From a bacterium (lineage in GTDB: Bacteria > Oederibacteriota > CAKKQC01), in contig CAKKQC010000002.1 in NCBI GenBank assembly GCA_919901855.1, forward strand, positions 40,296 to 104,295: a stretch of 64,000 nt of DNA. Reading direction: 5' to 3'. How positions within the stretch are numbered: the first letter of the stretch is position 1; the number at the start of each line of letters is the position of its first letter. Both the position numbers and the translations under genes were made by a program. The notes beneath the pieces are model-generated. The model ran no database searches and was not told the origin of the DNA. It saw only the letters and a list, made by a program, of their open reading frames with translations. Shown here piece after piece: positions 52,646 through 61,259 of this stretch.

Positions 52646-53250
52646 GCGACCAGCGATTGCAGGTACGGCATGACGACGGTTCTCGCCCGGCAGACGCCGG
52701 CGATCCGCGTGATCTCATCCACCGTCGCTTGCCGTGAGCGGATCGAGTCGCGCAGCGCCTCCAGCGCGACGTCGAGACCTATCTTCCGCCGATAGCGGAA
52801 GCAGTCCACGACCGTCCTGGCTGGCGAGGTGATTAGGATGGTGACGCCGAGCACCTCCTGCGTAACGACGGCGTGAGTGAGCATTCGGCCGGAGAACCGG
52901 ACGATCCGGACGGGCAGACCGGACAGCCGCGGCTTGCGAGCCTTGCGGTCCAGCGCGATCCAAACTGCCTTCGGTGCCTGAGTCCCGATGCCGTGCATGT
53001 GGAGGGCGGTGAGGAGGCATACGACGGCGTGGGGGACGCGCTTGCTGACCATGACTATTGTCACATGCTCGTTCTGGGCTGCTGATGTGAGGCGGTACAG
53101 TCCTCGAGCGACCCGGCTCGCTTCGCCCCGGCGGAGCATGGATTGGATGCGATGGCGGGTACTTCCCGGTTTCTCCAGGTCGGAGGGACGGAATATCCCC
53201 GGGAGGGTCGCGCCCTTGGACGACAGATGAGCACGTCGGTCAGTTCCCAT
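52642..53250 (-). CDS. abiEi: AbiEi antitoxin / transcriptional regulator (Type IV TA)
   Basis: LPGIFRPSDL...SRVARGLYRL (N-terminal wHTH) and conserved C-terminal domain. AT-rich promoter region 53251-53320. Confidence 0.8.
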   Translation of the reverse strand: MGTDRRAHLSSKGATLPGIFRPSDLEKPGSTRHRIQSMLRRGEASRVARGLYRLTSAAQNEHVTIVMVSKRVPHAVVCLLTALHMHGIGTQAPKAVWIALDRKARKPRLSGLPVRIVRFSGRMLTHAVVTQEVLGVTILITSPARTVVDCFRYRRKIGLDVALEALRDSIRSRQATVDEITRIAGVCRARTVVMPYLQSLVA

Positions 53251-53323
53251 GCTTGTACTATGCCGCATATGGTCGGCACCTGCAAGTATGTGCCTACACT
53301 ATGATGTATGCCTTCAGGGAGTG

Positions 53324-54856
53324 CTAGAAACTCACCCGGAGGCCCAGGCCGGCGTCGGCGACGGGGGCGGGGATGTCGAGGGCCGGGATCGGGATGCCAT
53401 TGATCGTCCGGGGGCCGGACTTCAGCCCGAACCGGAACTCGCCGCCGGGGGCGCCGTACCGGCCCGCCACGTACGCCTCGATGCGCAGATGCGTGAGCAG
53501 GACCGCGCCCCAGTCGAGCCGGGCGATGGCCGTGTGGTCCGAGAGGTTGGCGATGTTGGAGAGCGACAAGGACTGGTTCCCGTTCGTGCCGGGAATCGGG
53601 GAGAACGCGTACACGGCGGCGTAATCGCGGGCGAGGTAGAAGGGGGAGAAGCCGCCCTGGAAGATGAGCCAGGGGTATATGACCTTCTTCGTGTACCCGG
53701 CGGATTGGTAGAAGTACTCGGCGCCGATCGTCATCGCTTCCTTGTCCGTGATGTTGAACGACCAGTTGAGCCCGCCCGAGACCGCGGGCGTGAGCTTGTC
53801 GGGGATGTAGGATTCGAGCAACATGCCGCCGCCAGGGATCGGGTTCGCGATCTCGCGCCAGCGCGGATGATCGGTTCCCTTCATGATCACGCCTTCGGCA
53901 TAGACATCGATGGGACCCACGCCGGCGGAGAGGTCGGCGCCCGCCCGCGGGCGGTATCCGCGCTGGGCGATGGCGTCGATCCCGAACTCGCCGGTGCCGA
54001 AGACGGCCTCGGCGCGGGCGGCTCCGCCGATGCGCCCTATGGTGCCGGCGTGGTCGAGGCTCTCGAAGAGCTCCATGGCGTACAGGTTCCAGCCGCGCTT
54101 CTCCCACGGGATATGGACCTTGAGCATGGTTTGGCCGACCCGGGCGTCGAACTGGGCCAGCACGTCGCGGCGGGCGGAGTGGAGCAGGTCGTTGGGGTTC
54201 CAGAACCGGGCCGAGCCCCAGGTCACGTGCTGGCGGCCCGCCGTGACGAATACCGATCTTCCAAGGTCGAAGTTCACCCAGGCCTGGTCGAGCGCGACCG
54301 TGGGGCCGCCGCCGGGCGAGGCGCCGAGGAAGGAGGTCGTGGAGGTGACCGTAGGGTCAAATGACATGCGCGCGCGGAGCATGCCGCGGACGCGGTCGTT
54401 GGGCCGGGCGTCGAACCAGCCGTCGGCCAGGATCGGAACCGAGTTCGTCCAGGCGTCGGGCGGCTGGTGGGTGCCGGCGGTGACTGATTGACGGAGGTAG
54501 AACTGGCCACCGATGGAGAGCGGATTCTCGGGGGCTAACTCCTGGACACCCGAAGCGGGCGTCCGCGGAGTTTCGGCGGACGCCGAAACTCCGAGCGCGG
54601 TGGCGCTTTCGGCGGGGGAGCCGAACATGTCGGCTTCGGCGGCGCGGTTGTCGCCAGGTTCAGCCGCATGGACCGAACCAGAGAAGAGGATGAGCAGGGC
54701 AAAGAGGGCGCGGGTCCTGGTACGTCCGAGGACGGACGACCTGGAGTTTCCGCGGACGCGGAAACTCCTCGTGGGGACCTCGTCGGCGTGGGCCGTACGG
54801 ATTCGGGCTTCGGCGGACCGCTCGGCGGTCTGGCCAAAGCTCGCCTCGCTGCGCAC
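53324..54856 (-). CDS. Outer-membrane beta-barrel (porin-like) protein; start codon unresolved
   Basis: Signal peptide RTRTRALFALLILFSGSVHA-AEP. Amphipathic beta-strand pattern. C-terminal ...GLRVSF* (terminal Phe typical of OM beta-barrels). No ATG/GTG/TTG within 40 codons upstream of the signal peptide. Nearest in-frame GTG at 54856. Two palindromic elements lie in the 5' region. The 338 aa further upstream in the ORF are spurious. Confidence 0.5.
   Translation of the reverse strand: MRSEASFGQTAERSAEARIRTAHADEVPTRSFRVRGNSRSSVLGRTRTRALFALLILFSGSVHAAEPGDNRAAEADMFGSPAESATALGVSASAETPRTPASGVQELAPENPLSIGGQFYLRQSVTAGTHQPPDAWTNSVPILADGWFDARPNDRVRGMLRARMSFDPTVTSTTSFLGASPGGGPTVALDQAWVNFDLGRSVFVTAGRQHVTWGSARFWNPNDLLHSARRDVLAQFDARVGQTMLKVHIPWEKRGWNLYAMELFESLDHAGTIGRIGGAARAEAVFGTGEFGIDAIAQRGYRPRAGADLSAGVGPIDVYAEGVIMKGTDHPRWREIANPIPGGGMLLESYIPDKLTPAVSGGLNWSFNITDKEAMTIGAEYFYQSAGYTKKVIYPWLIFQGGFSPFYLARDYAAVYAFSPIPGTNGNQSLSLSNIANLSDHTAIARLDWGAVLLTHLRIEAYVAGRYGAPGGEFRFGLKSGPRTINGIPIPALDIPAPVADAGLGLRVSF
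54566..54593. repeat. Palindromic repeat element copy (CGGAGTTTCGGCG-ga-CGCCGAAACTCCG)
   Basis: Perfect 13-bp arms. Lies inside the predicted mature N-terminus of the porin-like ORF (encodes GVSASAETP). Confidence 0.85.
54743..54768. repeat. Palindromic repeat element copy (GGAGTTTCCGCG-ga-CGCGGAAACTCC)
   Basis: Perfect 12-bp arms, immediately 5' of the porin signal-peptide codons, where a start codon would be expected. Confidence 0.85.
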
Positions 54857-55026
54857 CGACCTCGCCCAGCGGGGCGTCCTCCATCGCTCGTGCGCCCCGA
54901 AGAACGCCGCCTCCGGTGTAGCCGCGTCGGCTCCGCCGCCGCTATACACCTCCGGCGGCCGGTCCGCACGGCGATGTCGGATCGGTCGGTGAGCTCCACC
55001 GAAGCCCGAATCCGTCCGGCCTGAGA

Positions 55027-55803
55027 TCACCGGCTCTTGGACTCGAGCCAGGCCTTGGTGAAGATGTTGGCCTCGAGGGGCTTGAGGTCGACGGCTTTCA
55101 TGAGCAGGATGGTGGAGTTGGCCTTGTCGACCTCGTCGTAGAAGCGCATCTCCATCGGGTACCAGACGTCGGACCCCTTGGATTCGGAGAAGATCTTCTG
55201 CCATTTGGGGTAGTAGGCGGTGCGCATGAGGCGGCCCGAGAGGGCGAAGTCCTGGCGCTTGAGCGTGTTGCCGGAGGCGACGTCGATCCAGAGCTCGATC
55301 ACGGGGTAGGCGACGTCGATGCCGGGTTTCGCGGTGAGGGCGAGGTGCCGGACGGTGAAGACGCCGAGCTTTTCCTCGCCCTTGTCGGCGGGCTCGTACT
55401 CGACGGCGAGCCGGGACTCGTCGAGGTCCTCGCGGCGCGAGTCGGTGCCGCCGATGCGCTCCCGCTCGGTCCGCCGCTCCCACTTGCCCACGGTGGGGTC
55501 GTACATCCACAGGTTCTTGTCCATGCGGAGGTACCCCTTGCCCGACTCGGCCTTGGGTTTCGTGAACAGGATCATGAACTTCTCGTCCTTATCACGCCGG
55601 AAGACCAGGCACTCGTAGGCGACGTCGGCCTTGTCGCGTTCCTTCTGCTCCATATAGATGAGCGCCTTCCAGTCGCCCTGGTTGCGCTGGCGCTCGTCGA
55701 GCGTCTTGAGCATCGCCACCATGGCTTCCTTCGTGATTGGCGCGCCAGCCGGGATGGCCGGCGTGGCGGCCAGGCAGGCGAGCAGAGCGGCGACGAGCCT
55801 CAT
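55027..55803 (-). CDS. LolA-like outer-membrane lipoprotein-sorting/carrier family protein
   Basis: ATG 55803 (ATGA overlap with the permease stop). Signal peptide MRLVAALLACLAATPAIPAGA. About 258 aa with LolA/DUF1571-like beta-sheet-rich composition. The upstream 118 aa of the ORF are spurious. Confidence 0.65.
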   Translation of the reverse strand: MRLVAALLACLAATPAIPAGAPITKEAMVAMLKTLDERQRNQGDWKALIYMEQKERDKADVAYECLVFRRDKDEKFMILFTKPKAESGKGYLRMDKNLWMYDPTVGKWERRTERERIGGTDSRREDLDESRLAVEYEPADKGEEKLGVFTVRHLALTAKPGIDVAYPVIELWIDVASGNTLKRQDFALSGRLMRTAYYPKWQKIFSESKGSDVWYPMEMRFYDEVDKANSTILLMKAVDLKPLEANIFTKAWLESKSR

Positions 55804-57113
55804 CCGGCGTGGCCCATGGCGGTCACGGGCTTGAGCTTCGCGGCCCGGAGCGCGGGATACAGGGCGGCCACTCCGGTCACGGCCGTGATGCCGAGGACGG
55901 CGAGGAGGAACGTCCCCGGCTTCACGATCAGGATGAGGTGGTCGGAGAGCAGGAAGAGCTGGACGACGAGGGGGACCGGGATCCGGACCGCGGTGACGAC
56001 GACGGCGAGGAGCGTGGCGGCGACGCCGCCCGCGAGCGCTCCCGCGAACCCGAGGAGGATCGACTCGATCATGAACATGCGCAGGATCTGGCGCCGCTGG
56101 ACGCCCAGGGCACGAAGCGTGCCTATCTCGCGGGTGCGTTCCCGGATCGCGATCCACATGACGTTCATGATACCCGCCACCGCGATGCCGAGGAGGACGA
56201 CGACGAGGATGAGCGTGATGGCGTCGAGCGCGGTGAAGACCCAGCTCATGAACGTGAGCTCGTCCTTCCAGGTCGTGAGGTCCAGTTTCTGGCCGGTCCA
56301 GGCTTCGCGGTTCACCTTGTCGAATTTCATGAAGAACGGGTTGGGGTCGGGGTCCATGAGCTTCCAGCCCCCCTTCAGGAAGGCGGCGCGCAGGCGCTCG
56401 ATCACGGCCGGGGCCTTCCCGATGTCCTTGAGGTAGACGAGGATGACGCCCGTCGAGTCGTCCGTCATCCGGTACATGCGGGTCAGGGCCGGCATGGACA
56501 CGAAGGAGGAGAACGCGCTCATGAGGCCGAGGTCGTGCGCGATCGCGACGACGGTCAGGTCGATGACGTTGTTGATCCCCCCCGCGGTCGGAGCGGAGAG
56601 GGTCACGGTGTCGCCGACCTTGACGCCCAGCTTCTCCGCCTGGGTGTGGAACAGGAGCAGGGCGTCGGGCTTGGCCATCCCGTCGAGCGATCCCGACTCG
56701 ATGCGCACGGCGGCGCGGAACCCGGGCTCCTTCGTCACGTCGAGGCTGGTCACAGGAGACCAGACGGAGCCGCCGGGGCCGATCATCTTGGCGAAGCCCC
56801 GGCCGCGGGGCACGGCGTACGCGAGCTCCGGGACCTCGCGGCGAATGACCTCCAGGACCGCCGGGTATTTCGTCACGAGCGGTGCCGCCTGGCCCGACGT
56901 GATCTTGAAGAACCCGCCGACGTTCACGTGGCCGCAGTCGAGCGCGGTCGAGTTGCGGACCATGGTGTCGCGCACGCCCGCGGTCAGCGCCGAGAGCAGG
57001 ACGAAGAGCCCGGTGACGGCGGCCAGCGCGCCCCCGAGGAGCAGGCTGCGCCGCCGGTGCTGGGCCAGGTTCAGCGCCGCGATCCGGAGGTCGACGCCGA
57101 AGGCGCCGGGCAC
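55800..57113 (-). CDS. ABC transporter permease (FtsX/MacB/LolE-type)
   Basis: 437 aa. N-terminal TM, about 220-aa periplasmic domain, C-terminal three TM with the FtsX signature region (IRERTREIGTLRALG). Confidence 0.85.
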   Translation of the reverse strand: MPGAFGVDLRIAALNLAQHRRRSLLLGGALAAVTGLFVLLSALTAGVRDTMVRNSTALDCGHVNVGGFFKITSGQAAPLVTKYPAVLEVIRREVPELAYAVPRGRGFAKMIGPGGSVWSPVTSLDVTKEPGFRAAVRIESGSLDGMAKPDALLLFHTQAEKLGVKVGDTVTLSAPTAGGINNVIDLTVVAIAHDLGLMSAFSSFVSMPALTRMYRMTDDSTGVILVYLKDIGKAPAVIERLRAAFLKGGWKLMDPDPNPFFMKFDKVNREAWTGQKLDLTTWKDELTFMSWVFTALDAITLILVVVLLGIAVAGIMNVMWIAIRERTREIGTLRALGVQRRQILRMFMIESILLGFAGALAGGVAATLLAVVVTAVRIPVPLVVQLFLLSDHLILIVKPGTFLLAVLGITAVTGVAALYPALRAAKLKPVTAMGHAG

Positions 57114-57115
57114 GG

Positions 57116-59209
57116 CTATTCGTCCGTCGCCATGGCCTGCCGCGGCGTGATGCGGGCGGCGAGCCAGGCGGGGTAGCCGGCCGAGAGGGCGTTCACGATG
57201 AGGACGAGGATGGCCGCGATCACGACGCTCGAGATCCGCAGGAAGGGTTTGAGCCGCGGGCCCGAGAAGAAGAAGAACATGACATCGGACTTGGCGGGAA
57301 TGCCGATCCAGCCGATCAGCTCGACCACGGCGCCTCCGGCCACCGCGCCGGCCCCGCCGAAGATGATCCCGACCACGGCGGCCTCGACCACGATCATGGC
57401 GAAGATGAACCCGCGGCGCGCGCCGACGGCGCGCAGGGTGCCGATGTCACGGACCCGCTCCAGCGTCGCCATGACGAAGGCGTTGGAGAGGACGACGAGG
57501 GCGACGAGGAAGATGATGCCGACGGCGACGAACAGGACCAGGCGCATGAGGAGGACAAGCTGGCCCAGGAGCCCCGCGGCCGTCTGCCAGGAGATGACCT
57601 TGAGCCCGAGCCCCTCCTTCTTCGACAGCGCCTCGATTTCGCGCATCGTCCGCGACATCCGGCGGGGGTCCTTGAGGATGACGGCGGCATTCAGCACCGA
57701 CGCCCGGTCGAGGTCGGCGGGGGTGAACGCCGATCCGGCCCGCCGGGAGGACGCACCGGAGAGGCGGTCGGGGATCCTCACGTCCCCGGTATGGCCCGTC
57801 TGGACGGTGGTGGTCCCGCCGCCGAAGAGGTCCGCTTCCGCCGTCTCGCGGCTGACGGCCTTCGCCCCGGCGGCCTTGCGCATCCCCGCGATCTCGGCCG
57901 TGCTCTCGGTGGTGGGGAAGCCCGAGAGCTCGTTGAACGAGACCAGGTCGATCAGGCACATGGACCCCGCGAGCGCGGACTTCTCCAGGCCCCGGAACTG
58001 GAAGGCGCCGTACACCTTCACGACCACGGACTGCGGGTAGCCGCTCCGGGTCACGGCCTTGATCGTGAGGTCGTCGCCGATCCGGACCTTGTAGAGGTCG
58101 ATCGAGGGGGCCACGTCGGCGTAGAAGAGGCGGTAGCGCTCGGCGAAGTTCGTGTCGTTGATGTCCAGCAGCTTCGCGAGGAGCGCGTCGAGCTTGAGGC
58201 CCGGCAGTTTGAGGTCGCGCTGGAGCGCGCGTTCGACCGCCTCGGCGCCGAGCTGGTCGAGCTGGTACAGGATCTCGTGCGTCTGCGCGACGTTCTCGCC
58301 CGCCCACCGCTTGAGCTCGGGGTCGCGCGCGATCGTCCGGCCGCCGATCTCCTTCGCCTCCTTGATCCGGTCGAGCCGGCGCGCGATCTTGACCTTGAAC
58401 ATCTCCTCGTAGTTGAACTTGGCGAAGAGGAACCCGCGCTTCCCCGGGGGCACGAAGGTTCCGTCCGTGATCTCGAGGCGGTCGAAGGACTTCCGGAACG
58501 CGTCGAGGTCGGTCCCGATGTAGCTCACGAAGAGCATGTCGGCCTCCGCCGCGGCCGGGGCCACCTTGTTCTCGAGGTACTCGAGCGACGCCAGGGGATC
58601 GTCGTCGAATCGCGCCCAGTACGCGGGCTGGGCCGCCCGGTGCACGTTCGCGATCGTGACCGCGTTCTCGGCCTTCTCGCTCGAGATCGAGGCGGCGCTC
58701 AGGAGGTCCTGCTCGAGGAGCTCGACCATGCGGCGGACCAGCGCTTTACGCGCTCCGATCTCGGCGCGCAGGGCCTTCGTGGGCCGCTTCCCCGCCCGCC
58801 GGACCGAGTCCCGGAGCTTTTCGAGGGCGTTGTCGACCACGTTGCCCGAGGTCGCGACCGCGCCGTTGATGCCCATGGGCACGACGGCCTTCACGTTGGG
58901 GAGGGTCAGGAGCCGGTCGCGAACCAGCGGGAACCGGGGGATGGGCGCCAGGTCGGGGAATCCCCCCATGCCGCCGAAGATCTCGAGCTTGTCCTTCGAG
59001 GCGGCGGCGTGGACCTGGATGTGGCCGGCCAGGCTGTCCACGATGGACCGGCTCATGCCGTCGTTCACGCTCTCGAGGAGCGAGAGGCCGAGCACGACGA
59101 GGAAGGCGCCGGCGAAGACGATCGATCCCACGATCAGGGTCTTGAGCCGCGCCGCGAAGAGGTTGCGGAAGGCCATCCGGACGAGGAGGACGAACGTGTC
59201 GGGGTTCAC
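57116..59209 (-). CDS. ABC transporter permease (FtsX-type, large periplasmic domain)
   Basis: 697 aa. Same topology. RVRDIGTLRAVGARRGFIF signature. Long periplasmic insert. Confidence 0.85.
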   Translation of the reverse strand: MNPDTFVLLVRMAFRNLFAARLKTLIVGSIVFAGAFLVVLGLSLLESVNDGMSRSIVDSLAGHIQVHAAASKDKLEIFGGMGGFPDLAPIPRFPLVRDRLLTLPNVKAVVPMGINGAVATSGNVVDNALEKLRDSVRRAGKRPTKALRAEIGARKALVRRMVELLEQDLLSAASISSEKAENAVTIANVHRAAQPAYWARFDDDPLASLEYLENKVAPAAAEADMLFVSYIGTDLDAFRKSFDRLEITDGTFVPPGKRGFLFAKFNYEEMFKVKIARRLDRIKEAKEIGGRTIARDPELKRWAGENVAQTHEILYQLDQLGAEAVERALQRDLKLPGLKLDALLAKLLDINDTNFAERYRLFYADVAPSIDLYKVRIGDDLTIKAVTRSGYPQSVVVKVYGAFQFRGLEKSALAGSMCLIDLVSFNELSGFPTTESTAEIAGMRKAAGAKAVSRETAEADLFGGGTTTVQTGHTGDVRIPDRLSGASSRRAGSAFTPADLDRASVLNAAVILKDPRRMSRTMREIEALSKKEGLGLKVISWQTAAGLLGQLVLLMRLVLFVAVGIIFLVALVVLSNAFVMATLERVRDIGTLRAVGARRGFIFAMIVVEAAVVGIIFGGAGAVAGGAVVELIGWIGIPAKSDVMFFFFSGPRLKPFLRISSVVIAAILVLIVNALSAGYPAWLAARITPRQAMATDE

Positions 59210-59218
59210 GGTCTCCCG

Positions 59219-59935
59219 CTAACGGGCCGGCGCGATCCCGGCCTCCGCGGGCGAGACGCGGTCGACGACCGCGCCGTCCGCGAGCCGGATGATGGCCTCG
59301 GCGTTCGCCATCACGCGCGCGTCGTGGGTGGAGAACAGGAACGTCGTCCCCTTCTCCCTGTTCAGGTGCTTCATGAGGTCCAGGATCATCTGCCCGTTGA
59401 CCGAATCGAGGTTCGCGGTCGGCTCGTCCGCGAGCACGAGCTTGGGGCCGGTCACGAGCGCGCGCGCGATCGCGACCCGCTGGCGCTGCCCGCCCGAGAG
59501 CTCGTTGGGCCGCTGGTCCGCGTACGGAGCGATCCCGACCCGCTCCAGGAGGTCGAGGACCCGGCGGCGGCGCTCGGCCGCGGGTCCCACGCGCTGGAGC
59601 AGGAGCGGGAGCTCGACGTTCTGGAAGACCGTGAGCACCGTGATCAGGTTGAAGCTCTGGAAGATGAACCCGATCTTGTGAAGGCGGAGGTCCGTGAGCG
59701 CGCGCTCGGGGAGCAGCGTGGTCTGCTCGCCGTCCACCTCGACGGTCCCGCCGGTCGGCGTGTCCACGCATCCGATCATGTTCAGGAGCGTCGTCTTGCC
59801 CGAGCCCGATGGGCCGGCGACGGCGAGGAACTCGCCGACGCCGAAGTCGAGCGAAACCCGTTTGAGGGCCGGCACGATCACGTTCCCGAGCCGGTACTCC
59901 TTCGTCAGGTCGCGGACGGAGACGATGGAAGCCAT
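59219..59935 (-). CDS. ABC transporter ATP-binding protein (LolD/MacB-type)
   Basis: ATG 59935. Walker A GPSGSGKTT, signature LSGGQRQRVAIARAL, Walker B LVLADEPT. The upstream 186 aa of the 424-aa ORF are an out-of-frame overlap. Confidence 0.9.
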   Translation of the reverse strand: MASIVSVRDLTKEYRLGNVIVPALKRVSLDFGVGEFLAVAGPSGSGKTTLLNMIGCVDTPTGGTVEVDGEQTTLLPERALTDLRLHKIGFIFQSFNLITVLTVFQNVELPLLLQRVGPAAERRRRVLDLLERVGIAPYADQRPNELSGGQRQRVAIARALVTGPKLVLADEPTANLDSVNGQMILDLMKHLNREKGTTFLFSTHDARVMANAEAIIRLADGAVVDRVSPAEAGIAPAR

Positions 59936-59958
59936 GGAACCCGCCGTACTATACGGAG

Positions 59959-60417
59959 CTACTTGCCGAAATTCTGGAGCAGTTCCAACGCGACGGCGAG
60001 CTGGGGCTCGGACTCGAAGTACGCGTACCGGCCGCCGGTGTAGTCGCCTTTCTGGACGAGCTTGATCCCGTGCTCGCCGAGCGTCTTCTCCTCGACCTCG
60101 GTGTCGGGGACGACGAACGCGATGTGGTGGACGCCTTCGCCCTTCTTGTCGAGGAACTCGCGCCACGTGGATGGCCCGCCGACGGGCTCGATGAGCTCGA
60201 GCTGGAGCGATTCCATGTTGAGGAACGCGAGCTTGGCCTGCGCCGTCGTGGGGCCTCCCCGGTACTGGATGTGGGACTTGTCGGCGGCGTCGGTCAGGCT
60301 GACCTTCGGCACCGGCAGGCCGAAGATGGCCGCGTACTTCTTCGCGGATTCCTCCGCATTGCGGACGATGATGCCGACCTGGACCATGCGATGCGAGCTC
60401 AGCACGGGCTTGTTCAT
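59959..60417 (-). CDS. VOC/glyoxalase-family protein (methylmalonyl-CoA epimerase-like)
   Basis: 152 aa. Paired beta-alpha-beta-beta-beta modules with HIAFVV and LELIEP metal-ligand motifs. Confidence 0.75.
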   Translation of the reverse strand: MNKPVLSSHRMVQVGIIVRNAEESAKKYAAIFGLPVPKVSLTDAADKSHIQYRGGPTTAQAKLAFLNMESLQLELIEPVGGPSTWREFLDKKGEGVHHIAFVVPDTEVEEKTLGEHGIKLVQKGDYTGGRYAYFESEPQLAVALELLQNFGK

Positions 60418-60513
60418 GGCGCCTCCTCGAATATGGTGAGCAGGATTTTACCCTGTTCGGGGAGTCGAGGAGTATGATGGGGGACCTGATCAAACTCCAA
60501 GGAGGGCCTGAAG

Positions 60514-61257
60514 ATGGCCACGAAGCCGGTCCGGGTCACGGTCTGGAACGAGTTCCGCCACGAGAAGTCGCACGACTACGTCCGCAAGGTCTACCCGAAG
60601 GGGATCCACGAGGCCATCGCCGAGGGGTTGCGCCAGGCCGGCGGGTTCAAGGTGCGCACGGCGACCCTGGACGAGCCGGAGCACGGGCTGACCGACGCCG
60701 TCCTCAAGGACACGGACGTCATCACGTGGTGGGGTCATATGGCGCACGGCGACGTGCGCGACGAGATCGTGGCCAAGGTCGCGCGCCGGGTGCGCGAGGG
60801 GATGGGGCTCATCGTCCTGCACTCGGGCCACTACTCCAAGATCTTCCGCACGCTGATGGGGACCACGTGCTCGCTCAAGTGGCGCGAGGCCGACGAGCGC
60901 GAGCTCGTGTGGAACGTCGCGCCCGGCCATCCGATCACGGAGGGCGTGGGCGAGTGCATCGACCTCGAGAAGCAGGAGATGTACGGCGAGCCGTTCAGGA
61001 TTCCGGAGCCCGACCAGCAGATCTTCATCTCCTGGTTCGAGGGAGGGAACGTGTTCCGCAGCGGCTGCTGCTACAACCGCGGCGCGGGACGCGTCTTCTA
61101 CTTCTCCCCGGGCCACGAGTCGTACCCGATCTTCAAGAACCTCCAGATCCGCCGCGTGATCGCGAACGCGTGCCGCTGGGCGGGGACCGGGGTGAACGTG
61201 CCCGACGAGTGCCCGAACGAGGTGAAGCCCCGGGCGGTCGTCAAGCCGAAGAAGTGA
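60514..61257 (+). CDS. ThuA-like (trehalose-utilisation / class-I glutamine-amidotransferase-like) protein
   Basis: RBS aaggaggg. [10 protein letters not shown]...[10 protein letters not shown]...IVLHSGHYS are ThuA family motifs. Confidence 0.8.
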   Translation: MATKPVRVTVWNEFRHEKSHDYVRKVYPKGIHEAIAEGLRQAGGFKVRTATLDEPEHGLTDAVLKDTDVITWWGHMAHGDVRDEIVAKVARRVREGMGLIVLHSGHYSKIFRTLMGTTCSLKWREADERELVWNVAPGHPITEGVGECIDLEKQEMYGEPFRIPEPDQQIFISWFEGGNVFRSGCCYNRGAGRVFYFSPGHESYPIFKNLQIRRVIANACRWAGTGVNVPDECPNEVKPRAVVKPKK

Positions 61258-61259
61258 TC

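Noticed and set aside
53061-54491. ORFs 53061..54107(-), 53249..54364(+), 53910..54491(+), and the first 338 aa of 53324..55510(-)
   Set aside because: Overlap the porin-like gene in wrong frames, or extend it through non-coding palindrome-rich DNA.
55319-60477. ORFs 55345..56436, 55737..57176, 56443..57150, 57198..58040, 57447..58307, 57791..60043, 58746..59771, 60062..60477
   Set aside because: Antisense or out-of-frame over the LolA-like/ABC permease/ATPase genes, whose signatures are unambiguous.
60474-61259. First 262 aa of ORF 60474..62864
   Set aside because: Out-of-frame overlap of the ThuA-like gene. The real gene starts at GTG 61260 with a signal peptide.
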